Origin: Thermococcus kodakarensis KOD1 | GTDB lineage: Archaea > Methanobacteriota_B > Thermococci > Thermococcales > Thermococcaceae | DNA: 32,000 nucleotides | NCBI RefSeq assembly: GCF_000009965.1 | Contig: NC_006624.1 | Span: 360,001-392,000, forward strand | Direction of reading: 5' to 3' | In this document: one piece after another, positions 28,429-32,000 of the stretch | How the letters are laid out: every line of letters begins with the position of its first letter | How positions within the stretch are numbered: position 1 is the stretch's first letter | Translations under genes and position numbers: made by a program | The notes under the pieces: model-generated | Seen by the model: the letters and a program-made list of their open reading frames with translations, nothing else | What the model was told of the DNA's origin: nothing | The model's database searches: none

Positions 28429-29057
28429 CTGCTCCACCTGTGTAGGTAGACTCCAATCCCAAGCTCGCTGTCATAGAAACCTCTTGTGGTCTGTCTCCTT
28501 TTTTCTGCCGCTGTTTTTGGATACGGTAGTACTACAAATGGCTTCACGAGCTTTGCTCTTCGTGGAACTGTGGAGTAGTCGTATTCAACAACGAGCGCAT
28601 GAACCATTCCAGGGACTCCAAGCTCGATAGGCACTACGGTTCCTCCAAGGGGTGCCTCTTTTTCGTCGAGTGAAATGTTTTCTTTGATCTCCTCGACAAT
28701 CGCCAGGTCACTTGATCTGCCAAGCAGAAGCTGATAGCGAGGTCTTTTGAAATATTGCTTCCACTCATCTGGAAGATAAAGGTAGAGCTCCGCGTTGTAG
28801 TGAAACTCGCGCTTCATGATATCGGTCTCGACCTTTCCAAGGGCATAGATCTTTTCAAGATCCACTCCCTTTCCACTGCTTTTGAAGATATAGCCAACAT
28901 ATGGAAGCTGGGTGAGGTAGACTGGTTCCCCTTTTGCGGCCGAGAGTATGCCCTGAATAGTTGATGGCGGCGGAACTGGCAGAGTTGGCTGGTACCCCGA
29001 CTGAAATGTTGGGAAGCGGAAAGATGCCGTCCACGCCCTTAGTTTCACCCGTATCAT
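28425..29057 (-). CDS. cas5: Cas5 (Cas5t, type I-B/Cst)
   Basis: MIRVKLRAWTASFRFPTFQSGYQPTLPVPPPSTIQGILSAA is a canonical Cas5 N-terminus. Confidence 0.88.
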   Translation of the reverse strand: MIRVKLRAWTASFRFPTFQSGYQPTLPVPPPSTIQGILSAAKGEPVYLTQLPYVGYIFKSSGKGVDLEKIYALGKVETDIMKREFHYNAELYLYLPDEWKQYFKRPRYQLLLGRSSDLAIVEEIKENISLDEKEAPLGGTVVPIELGVPGMVHALVVEYDYSTVPRRAKLVKPFVVLPYPKTAAEKRRQTTRGFYDSELGIGVYLHRWSR

Positions 29058-29061
29058 GGGC

Positions 29062-32000
<2,939 letters not shown>

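Overview
The window looks like a Thermococcales (Thermococcus/Pyrococcus-like) chromosomal segment. This rests on the GGAGGTG-type ribosome binding sites, the A/T-rich BRE/TATA promoters, and a 30-nt CRISPR repeat closely resembling the Pyrococcus furiosus repeat as I recall it.

Layout:
(1) 1-3413: housekeeping genes, namely the thi4 3' end, thiDN, and a Zn-ribbon/GNAT/ABC-ATPase fusion.
(2) 3426-6628: a visibly AT-rich two-gene operon on the minus strand with no recognisable domains.
(3) 6705-9295: a minus-strand operon of FKBP PPIase (with a long acidic/basic tail), a hypothetical protein and a CPBP/Abi-type membrane protease.
(4) 9464-11455: a second AT-rich two-gene cassette, a cytoplasmic Cys-cluster protein plus a heavily sequon-decorated membrane-anchored surface protein.
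(5) 11496-12926: cysS.
(6) 12961-14072: a CRISPR array of 17 repeats and 16 spacers, inferred to be transcribed on the minus strand from a roughly 500-bp leader at 14073-14573.
(7) 14589-32000: a roughly 17.5-kb cas supercluster. It starts with a lone cas2 on the plus strand. A tightly coupled type I-A (Csa) operon follows on the minus strand: csa5-cas7-cas5a-cas8a-cas3'-cas3''-csa3-cas6-cas4. Next come cas1, a vapBC toxin-antitoxin pair, a second cas4, and an archaeal AAA+ ATPase with a wHTH. Last is a type I-B (Cst) operon, cas6-cst1/cas8b-cst2/cas7-cas5t-cas3, with its cas6 truncated by the window edge.

No rRNA, tRNA, transposase or integrase was seen.

Most interesting candidates:
- the vapB-vapC-cas1 unit, which has an operator-flanked TATA box;
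- the ATPase-cas4 unit embedded between effector and adaptation genes;
- the uncharacterised AT-rich two-gene operon at 3426-6628;
- a repeat polymorphism that splits the array into two age blocks;
- a diverged tandem duplication of about 198 bp inside the leader.

All functional calls come from motif recognition by eye. No database search was run.
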